64,000 nt of DNA from Octopus sinensis (Eukaryota): positions 9,540 through 73,539 of the forward strand of contig NW_021833461.1 of NCBI RefSeq assembly GCF_006345805.1. Direction: 5' to 3'. Below, one piece after another: positions 1 through 13,303 of this stretch. Under the pieces are notes generated by a model, which searched no databases, was not told the origin of the DNA, and worked only from the letters and a program-made list of their open reading frames with translations. Made by a program: the position numbers and the translations under genes. The stretch's first letter is position 1. Each line of letters opens with the position of its first letter.

Positions 1-8
1 GAAATTAA

Positions 9-231
9 TTGTTATCGCCATATTAATATGGCAGTCTTATAGATATAAAACTAAAAGCTGTCGCGGATTAGCTCCATGAGGCCATCGCCTTAAGATAGCT
101 TGTTCGAAGGTTATAATGGACACAGTTAGTGTGTCAAATAGCTATCTTAAGGCGATGGCCTCATGGAGCTAATCAGCGACAGCTTTTAGTCTTATATCTA
201 TAAGACTGCCATATTAATATGGCGATAACAA
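9..231. mobile_element. Foldback fragment of non-coding HHR element family A (window edge)
   Basis: Inverted arms ~9-99 and ~139-231. Sequence matches 12573-13237 and 21226-21621 (ctaagc-rich core ttaaggcgatggcctcatggagctaat). Right arm runs into (TA)n. Confidence 0.8.
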
Positions 232-234
232 TAT

Positions 235-580
235 ATATATATACACACACACATACACATACATACACAAACATACACACATACACACACATACATATAC
301 ATACATACATACACACACACATACACACATACACGAATACACACATACATACACACACACACATACACACATACATAGATACATACACACATACACACAC
401 ATACATATACATACATACACACACATACATATACATACATATACATACATACACATACATACATATACACACATACGTACACACACGCACATACACACAT
501 ACACGCATGCACACATACATACATATATACACATACATACACACACACATACATACGCACATACATATACACACACACAC

Positions 581-611
<31 letters not shown>

Positions 612-2812
612 CACACACACATACATACACACACACATACGCACATACATACACACATACATACATAGACACATATATACACACACACACATACATATAC
701 ATACATACAGACACACACATGCACACATACTCGCATGCACACATACATACATACACATACATACACACACACATACATACTATACACACATGCACATACA
801 CACATACATACATACACACACGCGTACATATACATACATACATACACATACACATTCACACACACACTTACACACATACACCCGTACATACATACACACA
901 CACTTACATACACACACATACATACATACTTACACACATACACACATACATACATACACACACGCATACATATACATACACACACCTATACACACATACA
1001 TACATATATACACACATACATAGATACATACATACATACATACACAAACATACATATACATACATACATACATACACACACACATACACACACACATACA
1101 CACACACGCACGCACACATACATACATACACACATACATACACACACACGTACATACATACGCACATACATACGCACATACATACACACACATATACACA
1201 TACCCACACATACATACACACACATATATATACATACATACATATATACACACATACATACATAGATACATACATACATAAACATACATATACATACGTA
1301 CATACATACACACACACACACACATACACACACATACATACATACATACATACACACACATACACACATACACATACATACATACATACATACATACGCA
1401 CATACATACACACACATATACACACATACACACACATACATACACACACATATATATACATACATACATACACACACACATACACATATACATACATACA
1501 TACACACACACATACATACACTACATACATAGATACATACATACACACACATACATATACATACATATGTACACACACGCACATACACACATACACGCAT
1601 GCATAAATACATACATACACAGATACGTACATACATACAAACATACACACACACATACACACATACATACACATATATACGTACGTACATACATACATAC
1701 ACACATACATACACACACATACATACATACATACACGCATACATACACACACACATACACACATACATACATACACACACGCATACATATACATACATAC
1801 ACATACACACACATACATACATACACACATACATACACACACACATATAAACATAAACACACATATAAGCCTCTACATTGTACACACACGCACACATATA
1901 TACATACATTCACTCGCACGCATGTACACACACACGCACACACACACATTTACATATATATACTATACACTCACACACACATACACACGTACAAACACAC
2001 ACAAACTCACATACACACCGACAGATATACATACACAATATACACCTATCCGCGCACGCACACATGCACACAAACACATACAAACGCTCACATACACACA
2101 AACACATACAAACGCACACATACACGCACACACATACACATACATACATACACACTCATACAAATGAACCCACACATACATCCCTACACACACACGCACG
2201 TACAAGCACACACGCACACATACACTAGGTTAAGCAGTTACTCGCCACACACCCACACTCTACGCATACACACACGAACACACACATGCACATACACACA
2301 CTACAAACAACACCCATACATGATACATATACCCCTTTGTTTTTTTGACCTGGCTTTGCACTGGCTGGATACAAACAAGCCAGCTTGTCATAAAGGAGTG
2401 CCTTATGACTGCTTACTTGCCATTGCTTATTATTCACCACACATACACACACACACACACACACACGCACGCACAAACACACTTGACATCCTTGCACACA
2501 CACACACGCATCCACACACATTCCCCTTTTTTTGAAACTCTCTTGCTTTTAAAAATCATGATTCGTCTACCTCTCAACTTCTGTTCTTTCAACATGTGAT
2601 CTCTTGAGCACCACCAGCAAAAATATATTTTCCTCTGTCTTCCCTTCTTGGGATCTTTCCTTCTCCTTGTTTCCGACGAAGAGCTCCGCTCGAAACGTTA
2701 AACCCTCCTTCCCTTCTTTCCTGAGCGTCAATAATACTTTAATTGTTCCACGGCCTCGTGTTGCTGTTTTTTCTCTTTTTTTCTGTGTTTTCTTGTTTGG
2801 ATTAACTTTATA
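235..2812 (+). mobile_element. 3' part/pLTR of Neptune-type Penelope-like element: long CA/CATA-rich field ending in an HHR-bearing terminus
   Basis: 2620-2810 aligns with the reverse complement of 16058-16240 and with 50660-50845. 1855-2030 aligns with the reverse complement of 16800-16990. Confidence 0.75.
2669..2703 (+). ncRNA. Minimal type I hammerhead ribozyme (U4C core variant)
   Basis: GTTT-CCGACGA-A-GAGC tcc GCTC-GAAA-CG-TT-AAAC; palindromic AACGTT helix III. Confidence 0.7.
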
Positions 2813-2944
2813 TATATAAATATATATATATATTCCAGAAAGAGGTCAATCTTAGAGGGCAAATCAGGACACCCTAGAAATCCCAAGACTAAACCAAATT
2901 ATACATGTAGATGCGAGCCAATGTATCTGGTATAGTCCCGAAAT

Positions 2945-3006
2945 TCTCTCTCTCTCTCTGTATATATATATATATATTTCTCTCTCTCTCTTTCTCTCTC
3001 TCTCTC

Positions 3007-3048
<42 letters not shown>
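2945..3048. repeat. (CT)n/(TA)n microsatellite
   Basis: Direct reading. Confidence 0.95.
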
Positions 3049-3050
<2 letters not shown>

Positions 3051-4894
3051 GTTTTACAAAATGATTACATTAAATAATTCAGTTCTGTATACACTGCCTT
3101 GAAAATAAAATAAAACGGTGTGTTATGGCCGGACCACCATGGATGCTAGGCTTGCTAAACAGCAACAGAGGCAGCTACAAGAAAAAACAACAGTTACAAC
3201 AGCAACAATTGTCACTAAAGAACTTTTTGCATGATCGTCGGAAATGCTGGAAATTGCAACCAAATTTCCGTTTAATTACGCTGTACTGTCTCAAAGAAGG
3301 AAGAGTACACTGGATAATACTACCTTCAGTGTACCGACTGAGAAAGTACAGACGAGACAGTCCTTACTTGATAACCTTTGATGACCGGAATCAATAAGAC
3401 AGATATTACATGCACGAATAACTTGTTAGAAATAGTTGTCAAGTTACGCTCAAATCAGACTGTCATTATCTTTACACGTGATGATATTTAAGGAGGTATT
3501 TAAGTGTAGGATTAAATGATGCTTGAATAATAAACTAGATGGCCATGGCTGGAATCTTTATGGTTATAGGCTGGCATATCAGTTAGGGCGGACGCGGTAT
3601 TAAGCAACAAAGCAAAAAGAAAAAAACAGCCTTGAATCATAGGTTTAAGGTTAATCTGTAGTTTGCGTAGTTTGCGTAGTTTAGTTTCGTTACTATGGCA
3701 ACAGTCCGGATACTTATTGATCAGACCACACACAACGTACCACCTGGTCTATGATTTGAAACCACGATTTTTAGTGCAATAGCCAAACCACTAGACCATC
3801 CACCGTCACTCACTGCAACACATAAAATAGATAGCCGCCATGACAGGAAGAAATATTTGCAAATTTCTCGATGAAACATCATGATTCTGTGCCGTATCTT
3901 TATGACACCATTTTATTCTTTTCCTCTCTTATCTTCAAAATCGTGAAACAGATAAAGAAAGAAGCGTCTATCATTAGTGAACAATCAGTAAGCGAATTAG
4001 TAACGCAATTTAAGAATTTTTAACTCATGACGTGTTTGACTGTCTTCGTCAAGTTTCTAGTTTGTGTTACAGCTAAAATTCACGTAAAAGAATTCCACAT
4101 TCGTCACTTTTGGTGTTATTTAATCACAGGTCAGCTCTGCTTAATTAGATCCGTGATCAAAAATGTTCCAGCTTTGCTCATCTCACTCTCTTTTTTACTT
4201 TTGAAGGCATAGAATATCTAGGACAATAATAGTGAACTTATATAACATACGTGTTAACAGTGACACAGCGCAGATTTTTAGATGACGCATAACTCGAAAA
4301 GAAAAAAAACCTTCCTGCAATTTTGTGTTATAAAAAGCTTACCTAAAACGCATTTGTATATGTAAATGACATCGACAAGTCTAAATTCATGTGTCCCACG
4401 TAAATGACACAATCAAATAACATGACAGTTAGAGACTCTTCAATTTTCCACACCTTAGAGGCTCGCCTTTACACATTTTGGATTACATTATCAAACACTC
4501 CCATTTTAAGATAGTGGGATTAGAATTTACAGAAATTTGTTTCCTAGACCTGTCTCTCTTTGCCTCAAGTATAACAGCGATTGTAAATTATACAGTATTA
4601 TATAAGTCATAAACTGTAGACCACCTAACTTCGCAACAATGAGTTACAACCACGGTTAGAATAGCTTATCACACACTAAAATTAAACAAAACTTATACAA
4701 TGATTTTCAGTTCATTTTTAACCAATCGCCATCAAATCATTTATCACATTGACTACCTCCGTTTCATAAAAATACTAAATTCAAGCTCGTCTGGTCCTCT
4801 CCATTTCATTTAATAATAAGAGAATGAGGAATTGGTTTGATGAAGAACTTTAAGACTAACTGCAAAATCAATCTAGTTATTTCATTTTTCTTTC

Positions 4895-5558
4895 TTTTTT
4901 CTATTTTACTTGTTTCAGTCATTCGACTGCGGCCCTGCTGGAGCAACGCCTTTTAATCGAACAAATCGACCTCAGGACTTATTCTTTGTAAGCTTAGTAC
5001 TTATTCTATCGGACACTTTCCCCCGAACCGCTATGTTACGAGGACGTAAACACATCAACATCAGTTGCTAAGGGATGTTGGAGCGACAAACACAGACACA
5101 CAAATACATACATACATATATATGCGAAGGCGCGTGGCTTAGTGTTTAGGGCATTCGGCTCACGGTTGTGAGCTCAATTCCCGGCGACGCGTTGTGTCCT
5201 TGAGCTGGACACTTTATTTCATGAGTCCATTCAGCTAGCAAAAATGAGTAGTACCTGCATTTCAAAGGGCCAGCCTTGTCACACCATGTGTCACACTCAA
5301 TCTCCTTGAGAACTACGTTAAGGGTACACGTGTCTGTGGAGTGCTCAGCCACTTTCACGTTAATTTCACGAGCAAGGTGTTCCGTTGATCGTATCAGCTG
5401 GGGCCCTTTCAGTTTTCCTCTACCAAATGTACTGACAAGGGTTTGGATGGCCCGATGCTATAGTAGAAGACACTTGCCCAAGATATCACGGAGTGGGACT
5501 GAACCCGGAAACTATGTGGTTGGGAAGCAAACTTCTTACCACATAGTCACGCCTGCAC
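4895..5558 (-). mobile_element. tRNA-derived SINE (same family as 28882-29292), interrupted by a second SINE
   Basis: Head at ~5460-5558 and tail (ttacttgtttcagtcattcgactgcggcc) at ~4905-4950 match the reverse complement of 28882-29292. Confidence 0.8.
5128..5405 (+). mobile_element. Nested tRNA-derived SINE
   Basis: A-box-like ggcgcgtggcttagtg and B-box-like gagctcaattccc; body homologous to the reverse complement of 47815-48105. Confidence 0.75.
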
Positions 5559-5930
5559 CTATTTACTTACGTAAGTGAGGTGGTTTGAAAAAATACTGCA
5601 AAACCGGTATTTGTTCCGGTTCTGTATGTTCTGAATTCAATTCCTACCGAGATCAACATCGTCAATGATTATTTCAAAATCGATAAAATAAATCATCAGC
5701 CACGTATACCTGGGTCGATATAATCCTTTATGACTGTTCACTTTCCCAAAGCTTGAGATGCTATGCCTGTGTAAGAAGTAGCGGATTTATGTGGGTTTAG
5801 ACATAACGAAAAATGACGAGATGGTCAGCAGTGTAGTTCTTTTATCATAGGTCTCCTTGATCAGGGCTGACCTGTAATTAAGGATCAACAATGAACAGGT
5901 TGAATAAATCAATTGTAAATACACTATAGT

Positions 5931-6182
5931 GGAGGCACATGACCTAGTGGTTAGAGTAGCGGACTCGCAATCTCTCGATTGCGAGTTCGAATCTTGGGCG
6001 ATGTGTGTACTTATGAGCGAAAAGGTAATGGTGAACTTCTGACACTTTCGCCACAACTTTCTCTCATTCTTTCCGCCTGCTCACCTGCAACAGACCAGCG
6101 TCCCGTCCAGATGGGGAAACTATATGCCAATGAAACTGGGAAAACCAGGCATGGCTCGAAAAGGAACAAACAACAACGAACA
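5931..6182 (+). mobile_element. tRNA-derived SINE with V-domain-like core
   Basis: tRNA-like head (gacctagtggttagag...gagttcgaatc), core gaccagcgtcccgtccagatgggg, (aac)n tail; homologous to 44585-44868 (-). Confidence 0.7.
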
Positions 6183-6427
6183 ACAAATACACTACACCTC
6201 AAAAAGATGAGACGATCATTGCTTGGAATGTTTCGTCGATCATGACTGAACAACTGTACAACAAAAACAAAGGAGATGGGTATTTAAAGGAACACCGGAA
6301 GAGCTACTGCCCAGATGTTCTCTACGAGAACTCCCAACCACTGGACCGTGGAATGGTTGAAATGCTGGCAGCCAAACCGAAGAGATCCTATATGATTTAA
6401 TTATTGAAAACACACATACGCACAGGC

Positions 6428-6492
<65 letters not shown>

Positions 6493-6658
6493 TGGCGTGC
6501 GGTGACTTCCGGGGCTGGACATGCAATGAATTTCTTTGCCCCCCCCCCCCCGGGCAATTTTCAGGAAAAAATTATAGAATTCCTACGATTTACATATGGG
6601 AGATTCTGAATATGCAATCAACCCCGTATGACCTAGAATAAAAAAAAAACGTCGCCCT

Positions 6659-6909
6659 GGTACTATTTAAGAAGAGTGGTCCCGTTGCGCGCGCTCGCGC
6701 ATCCGCACTGGCTAGTCGTGACTAGTCAATCCTACGACTATCTAGCAAATAAATAAATTTTTTAAACAAAATATATAAAACACAAAAACACAAAGTAAAT
6801 AATGTTTTAAACAAAGTAAATAAAACACAAAGTAAGGATCGACTAGTCACGACTAGCTGGCGTGGATGCTCGGGTGCGCGCACCGGGACCACTCTTCTTA
6901 AATAGTACC
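6659..6909. mobile_element. MITE nested in the hAT element
   Basis: ~70-bp imperfect TIRs beginning GGTACTATTTAAGAAGAGTGGTCCCG; no clear TSD. Confidence 0.75.
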
Positions 6910-7127
6910 CATGATTTTTAAATTGTTTGCAATACTCATCAAATTTGTTGAAATTCGAAAGTTCCATGAATTTAAACTCTTCTAAGGATGAATATCGTGC
7001 TTTTATTTGGTCAACTATTGTACTGATAATTTTGTCATAAAGCATTTTATAATGTCGTTGGGGCTCAATAGATATATTCTTAGATCTCTGAATTCCGATT
7101 CCTGCATCGACTCCATATTTTTCCCCC

Positions 7128-7437
7128 CGGGTTCAGTTCCACTGCGTGGCACCTTGGGCAAGGGTCTTCTACTATAGTCTCAGGCCGACCAAAGCCTTGT
7201 GAGTGGATTTGGTAGACGGAAACTGAAAGAAGCCCGTGGTATATATGCGTATGTGTGTTTGTGCGTCTGTGTTTGTCCCCCTAGCATTGCTTGGCAACCG
7301 ATGCTGGTGTGTTTATGTCCCCGTTACTTAGCGGTTCGGCAAAATAGACCGATAGAATAAGTCCCGGGGTCGAGTTGCTCGATTAAAGGCGGTGCTCGAG
7401 CATGGCCGTAGTCAAATGACTGAAACAAGTAAAAGAG
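7128..7437 (+). mobile_element. 5'-truncated SINE (family of 28882-29292) nested in the hAT element
   Basis: Colinear with 28936-29275; tail gactgaaacaagtaaaagag. Confidence 0.85.
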
Positions 7438-8545
7438 ATTGAAAAATTATCAAGTTTGTTTTCGAGTACACTTCTAGTTTTATCTATTTGATCTTTACAA
7501 TACACTATGTCATGACTTTTACTCTGGAGGATGTTAAATATGAAAAAAGAAAAAATCTCACTGAATACTTCTAACAAAAATAAGAAATCAGGAGCTTTTA
7601 AAGTTTGTAAGAATCCAATTGCTGAATTTATGATGGTATCATCCCATGCTTCAGGATTTTCAATGATGTGCTCAAAAAGGCTGATTATGAAATGATAATT
7701 TTCCTTTGTGGTAATAATAAGCCGTGAGGTTGTTGCCTTCGGAAATCTTTTTTTTAACAATGTTATCTAATGCATTAGCCCTTTTCGGTGTTGGTCTCCC
7801 ACCGATATAATTAATTATTTTCCATCGAATTCTCCTTTCGAAAAACTATTTCTCAAAATATCGTTTATTACACACATTTCACTCATTTCGTAAAAGGCTG
7901 TTCTTATATACGAACACACGTGGAAGCGCCGGCGTAAATTGTAAGTCAATTTCAACAAAACAGAAAGATACAGAAAGTGGGTATCATGCGGTCAGCTCAT
8001 AGCATGACATGCCACTGAGAGAAAGGGGAAGGGGGTACAAAATATTATGAACGACCTTTCCTCCTAGCATCTGTTTTATCAATTCACTAAGAGAGAGAGA
8101 GGAAGGAGGGACAAACTAAGAGACAGAGAGGGAGGTCATGCGGGTCTTCCCACAGCATAGCCACTAAGAGAAAGAGGAAGGGGGTAAAAATATTTCAAAT
8201 GCCCTATCCCCTTAGCATGTCTTTTAAACAAGTCGCTAAAAGTGAGAGAGAGAGGAAGGAAGGACAAACTGAGACAGAGAGGGAGTGTCTAACATGCTGG
8301 TCTTGTCAATGCATGACTTCTAAAAGCAGAAGTAGAGTCACTGAGAGAGAAGAAGGGGAGAAAAATACAACTGGACGGATTTTCTTTGAAACAAAGTAAC
8401 TATTTTATCTAATTTTCCGATCATATGGATAAAAAAAATCACAGGGCATGCAACGCATACCTTGCATACCTGAGAGTGCACGCCCCTGAGATATATATAT
8501 ATATATATATAACTGAATAACAGTAGAGTTACAGGTGTCAATCCA

Positions 8546-8603
8546 TTACGACCGTTTCTAACGGCTCCTTTATTTGATTAATAAAAGCATTACATCATTG
8601 TAA
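8546..8603 (-). ncRNA. Degenerate hammerhead-like motif in a (TA)n-adjacent element (~8510-8960)
   Basis: Minus strand: TTAC-AATGATG-[TAATG..CGTTA stem]-GAAA-CGG-TC-GTAA; the 5' core deviates from CUGANGA. Confidence 0.4.
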
Positions 8604-9951
8604 AGAAACCGTTTTCCTCAGATGAATTCATGAACTTCAAAACATAGATCAAATACATACACATATTCATTTATTCATTTATAAAATATATGAAAGGACA
8701 TTCAAAATGATTTAACATAGTTTAAAATCCACGGAGCCAAAACATTTACAGTGATTCAGCTATTATTTCAGTTGACAGAATGGATTTACCAGAAAAGTGT
8801 ATAACAGAAATTTAGAGGTAAGTAGAGTTTTTAGAAAGGGGAAGGAATAATTGACCCCAGTGACCCACTTGTCTTTACTTCTAACAAGAGAGGGGTGTGC
8901 GGCTCCATTAGGTTTATTTATTAAGGAGTTGCTTGATGTGTACTGGCCAGTGGTAAGAAACTTATTTGTGGTCACGCCAACCTACTAAATTATCAAGGTA
9001 GTTTGTGATGGAACCAATATACAAGGTTTATCTCCACAAATCGACAAGGCGGAGAGCAGTAACAAAGAAGTGAGGGATACGGGGGGAGGATAGGAGAAAG
9101 AAAGAAAGAAAGAAAGAAAGGAAGGAAGGAAGCTGACCAACTGTTACTAATTACTATAATACAAGAGGAAGACTGAAGGATAATGGAATAAGGGTTATGG
9201 GGGCAAAGATCTAAACTATGACTAGGAATCGAACCTACTGCAATAATCAACACGTGCTTCCTCGCACACTTTTCAAAGACTGTTACTATGGCAACAGGCA
9301 AACGTGTTCTCATGTTCCGCTCGTTACTATCGAAACAGACATGAATGTTTCTGTGGCTTACGATTGGCTAAAATTACCAAAATTTTCAAACTTTAATTGC
9401 TAACAACTTTTTATTGATTGATTTATAACGAAATTACTTTCACGTCATTAATTAGTCTATAAAAGTGTATCATTACACTGAATATGAAATCAGCCAAACA
9501 GAAAAGAACCATTATATATCATGCATTTTATTGTGTTTTGTTATACGTGTAATCTCCCGGTCTACGGGAAAAGTTATTTTCGAGATTGTTTTTCTATACG
9601 GTGCATTAGACTGGTGTATATACCAGTTTCTGTTAAGTTCAATTTCCAGCAAAGGACTGCTTTATTTTACATCTTGTTGAGGCTTACAAACACAATATTA
9701 TTCAAGTGCGTTTCGCTGGTGGAGTCATTAGAGGCTTGACTAAGATTTCTTGTGGCGCCTTCAGCTCTTTACATTCTGTGTTCAAATTCTGCCATGGCCT
9801 GCTTGAGTGGTAGACTTAATCCATGATCTGATGTAGAAACTGTCCAACATTGGAGTCCGTGGAAAGCTGCTGCAGTGGATAAAGTGTTTCCTAACAACAT
9901 TGTGCTTAAATAGAATTAGTCATTAAAGATATCATTTCATACAATACAATA

Positions 9952-10846
9952 GACCGAACATGCCTTCTGTCGGATCTGTTTGCTGTTGTCCAGCAGACGG
10001 AAAAAGAACAATACGCTTCTAAATAAAGATAAGTTTAATTTGATCCACTTTGGAAAAGCGGATACTCTGAAACTATTATATGACCTTCCCTCGGGCGACT
10101 CTCTAGTGTTATCCAACAGCATCAAAGACCCTGAAGTAATTGTTGATAACAATCTAAGCTGGAGTTCCCACGTAAACAGCAAGGTTAACTTGCTCCTGGA
10201 TTCTGAGAACTTTCCGGTCTAGAGATGCCCACACCATCATCCTTCTCAACTCTACTTTTGCCCGACCCCACCTTGAATATTGTTTCCTACTGTGGTCTCC
10301 CCTGCACGAAGCAACTCATTTTGAAAGTAGAATCAATCCAGAGGTCAATAACAAGAAAGATAGACGGCATGACAGGCATTAACTATTGGGGTCGACTAAA
10401 AAAAACTCAATCTCTATTCTCGCCAACGCCGCCGGGAGCGTTGTATGATGTGGAAAATATTTCATCAATATTGCACAAATGTTGTTAGCATCAATTTTAA
10501 AATCCACCCAAGACTTGGCCCCCGTGCTATCCGCCCACTACAAAATTTGAACTCAGGACACAAAACAACATTACACCACAACTACTTTACCTTAACTGGT
10601 CCAGCTCTCCTTAATACCATTCCTAAATACGTCAAAACGGAAACGGATCACACGAATTTCAAAAGTTCACTGTAAAAATACCGGACCAACCTCCTACACC
10701 CGGATATGTCTCCAACAATAATAACTCTTTGCTAGAGTGGGCCATGGTGCCCCATATGTGACTAAAAATCTTCACCAGGTGATGATGTTAAGTTAGACAT
10801 TGATTGAGCCTATACTGGTCGAAACCTATCAAAGTTATCAAAGTTA
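9952..10846 (+). mobile_element. 3' fragment of CR1/L2-group LINE (pseudogenic ORF2 C-terminus)
   Basis: NKDKFNLIHFG, VIVDNNLSWSSHV, ESIQRSITRKI..NYWGRLK; ends in (atcaaagtt)2. Confidence 0.85.
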
Positions 10847-11180
10847 TGCGTATGTCTAGACATGCAACTATATGCATGAGAATAGATAAATAAAACAAAA
10901 CATACAAATCTTCGCATGAAGACACCAGATCCTGCATACATAGACAAATACATGCAAAGATACTCTGTTGATGTGGAAATTCCAATAAAGAAGCCTTGGA
11001 TCTAGGGTAGAAACCGGTTCTTTCTCTATTGGCAAGAAATATTGAAATAAACTGAATAATGGCATGCATGCAGACATACATACATACATACATACATACA
11101 TACATACATACATACATACATACATACATACATACATACATACATACATACATACATACACGCATGCATACATACATACT
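10847..11180 (+). mobile_element. (CATA)n-associated repeat with degenerate HHR-like 3' half (family W)
   Basis: AGCC(T) tggatct AGGGT-A-GAAA-CCGG-TT at 10992-11019; homologous to 33425-33750 (-); ends in (CATA)n. Confidence 0.5.
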
Positions 11181-11406
11181 TACTTACGGTGGGGTACCTT
11201 CAAACTCGAGCAGTTTTTCTCTCAAGATTTCTCAGTCCGAAGTTATGGTTAGTGGACGCCTTCTCAGGGTACTGTACAACGCGATCGAACTAAGAACATT
11301 GTGTTTTGGAAGCAAACTTAACTCCGCAGACACGCCTGCACTTAAATAGAATTAGTCATTAAAAATATCATGTCATACAATACAATAGACATTTCAAGTA
11401 TGTGTA

Positions 11407-11447
<41 letters not shown>

Positions 11448-11638
11448 GTGCTCTTTTATTAGTGCAGAGAATGAGGTATTGTTGGTCTGTTTCGCTAAAC
11501 CCCATTCATCTATTGTTTTTAAAAGTATCTGATCTTAAAATAGATTGTCAACTGGCGTGGCATAAACTCGTCCACAGGCATACACAGGCACACACGCACA
11601 CACACCACGCATACGCGTAGATACACACGCATGCTTAT

Positions 11639-11678
<40 letters not shown>

Positions 11679-11681
11679 CAC

Positions 11682-11712
<31 letters not shown>

Positions 11713-11739
11713 CATATATATATATATACATATATATAC

Positions 11740-11772
<33 letters not shown>

Positions 11773-11789
11773 CATATATATATATATTA

Positions 11790-11827
<38 letters not shown>

Positions 11828-12211
11828 CTAGCAGTATCGCCCGGCGTTGCTCAGGTTTGTAAGGGAAATAACTATAAAGCATTTTTAGAGAGTTATAGCC
11901 AAAAAATAGCAAAAAAATGGAAAAAAATGATGGTAAATTTTTTTTGAGATATAAAAAAGGTGGAGTTGCGTCCCCTAGACAGTTTGTGGTTCGTGTTTCT
12001 GATTCTCGACCCCATGTCGAATTTATCGTTCTTTTTCAGAACTGGAGGAACTTTTCAAAATTTTCACTGCGTTAGTTTTGAATTATGACATTGGGCTATG
12101 TGTGTGTCAAGTTTCATCAGAATCGGTTGAAAGCCGTGGTCAGGGTGAGGGTACAAGCAAACAGACACACAGAAACACGCACAGACAAACTGCCGTTTAT
12201 ATATAGAGAGA
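11828..12211 (-). mobile_element. Non-autonomous Helitron
   Basis: Minus strand starts A|TC(TCTCTATATAT) and ends with hairpin cctgagcaacgccggg, 8 nt, CTAG|T. Confidence 0.8.
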
Positions 12212-12308
12212 TATAGATATATACATATATATATGTATATATATATATACACACACACATATATATGTAAAAAGTAAAAAATATATACAAACTGGGACAA
12301 GAACGTGA

Positions 12309-12347
<39 letters not shown>

Positions 12348-12542
12348 TTATATATATATATATATATTATATATATATATATTTATATTTATATATATAT
12401 ATATATATATTTATAAATATATATATATTTATATATATATATATATAATTTATATATATATATAATATATATAATATATATATATATATACACACATATA
12501 TATATTTATATATATATATATATATACACACATATATATATT

Positions 12543-12572
<30 letters not shown>

Positions 12573-12573
<1 letters not shown>

Positions 12574-13235
12574 ATAGAAATATTAAAATTACTAAGTCTC
12601 TCTAAAAGAGAACAACGGCAGCGTTCCCGGAAAATATTAGTTATCGCCATACTAATATGGCATTCTTATAAAAATAAGAAAAAATAAGAAAAAAGCTGAC
12701 CGCTTATTAGCTCCATGAGGCCATCGCCTTAAGTTAGCTATTTGATACACATCTGTATCCATATAACCTTTGAACAAGGGAGGTCAGTCGCTCCACACTA
12801 CTTCTTATTTTCTTATTTTTTCTTATTTTTATAAGAATGCCATATTAGTATGGCGATAACTAATATTTTCCGGGAACGCTGCCGTTGTTCTCTTTTAGAG
12901 AGACTTAGTAATTTTAATATTTCTATTATTGAAAACAAGTGGATGTATTCCACCGAAGCTAGGTAAATAAAACCTTTGAACAGAGATTGTCGGAAGCGAC
13001 ACCTACTGGTTTGGCTACGCTGCATTGAAAAGGGGCAATACCCCGAAACGCGTCTGTAGCTGCCGGCCAAGTAGTGTGGAGCGACTGACCTCCCTTGTTC
13101 AAAGGTTATATGGATACAGATGTGTATCAAATAGCTAACTTAAGGCGATGGCCTCATGGAGCTAATAAGCGGTCAGCTTTTTTCTTATTTTTTCTTATTT
13201 TTATAAGAATGCCATATTAGTATGGCGATAACTAA

Positions 13236-13237
<2 letters not shown>
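12573..13237. mobile_element. Family A HHR element, head-to-head inverted insertion in (TA)n
   Basis: Left arm 12573-12803 is the reverse complement of the family A unit; right arm 12804-13237 carries the HHR. Confidence 0.85.
13019..13060 (+). ncRNA. Type I hammerhead, U3-A8 compensatory core
   Basis: GCTGCA-TTGAAAA-GGGG caata CCCC-GAAA-CGCG-TC-TGTAGC. Confidence 0.85.

Positions 13238-13303
<66 letters not shown>

Larger units (their letters stand above)
6490..8488 (-). mobile_element. Internally deleted hAT transposon (Tip100/ZMYM1-like) in (TA)n
   Basis: TIRs CAGTGGCGTGC / GCACGCCCCTG. Minus-strand transposase remnants at 7440-7760 (SAIGFLQTLK..DFLFLLEVFSEIF..LQSK) and 6910-7045 (IISTIVDQIKARYS). 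Confidence 0.75.

Noticed and set aside
173-2535. Long His/Thr/Tyr/Ile or Val/Cys/Met ORFs (also 16636-19655, 49181-50405, 56092-56724)
   Set aside because: Stop-poor translations of CA/TA-type low-complexity DNA, open in several frames at once.
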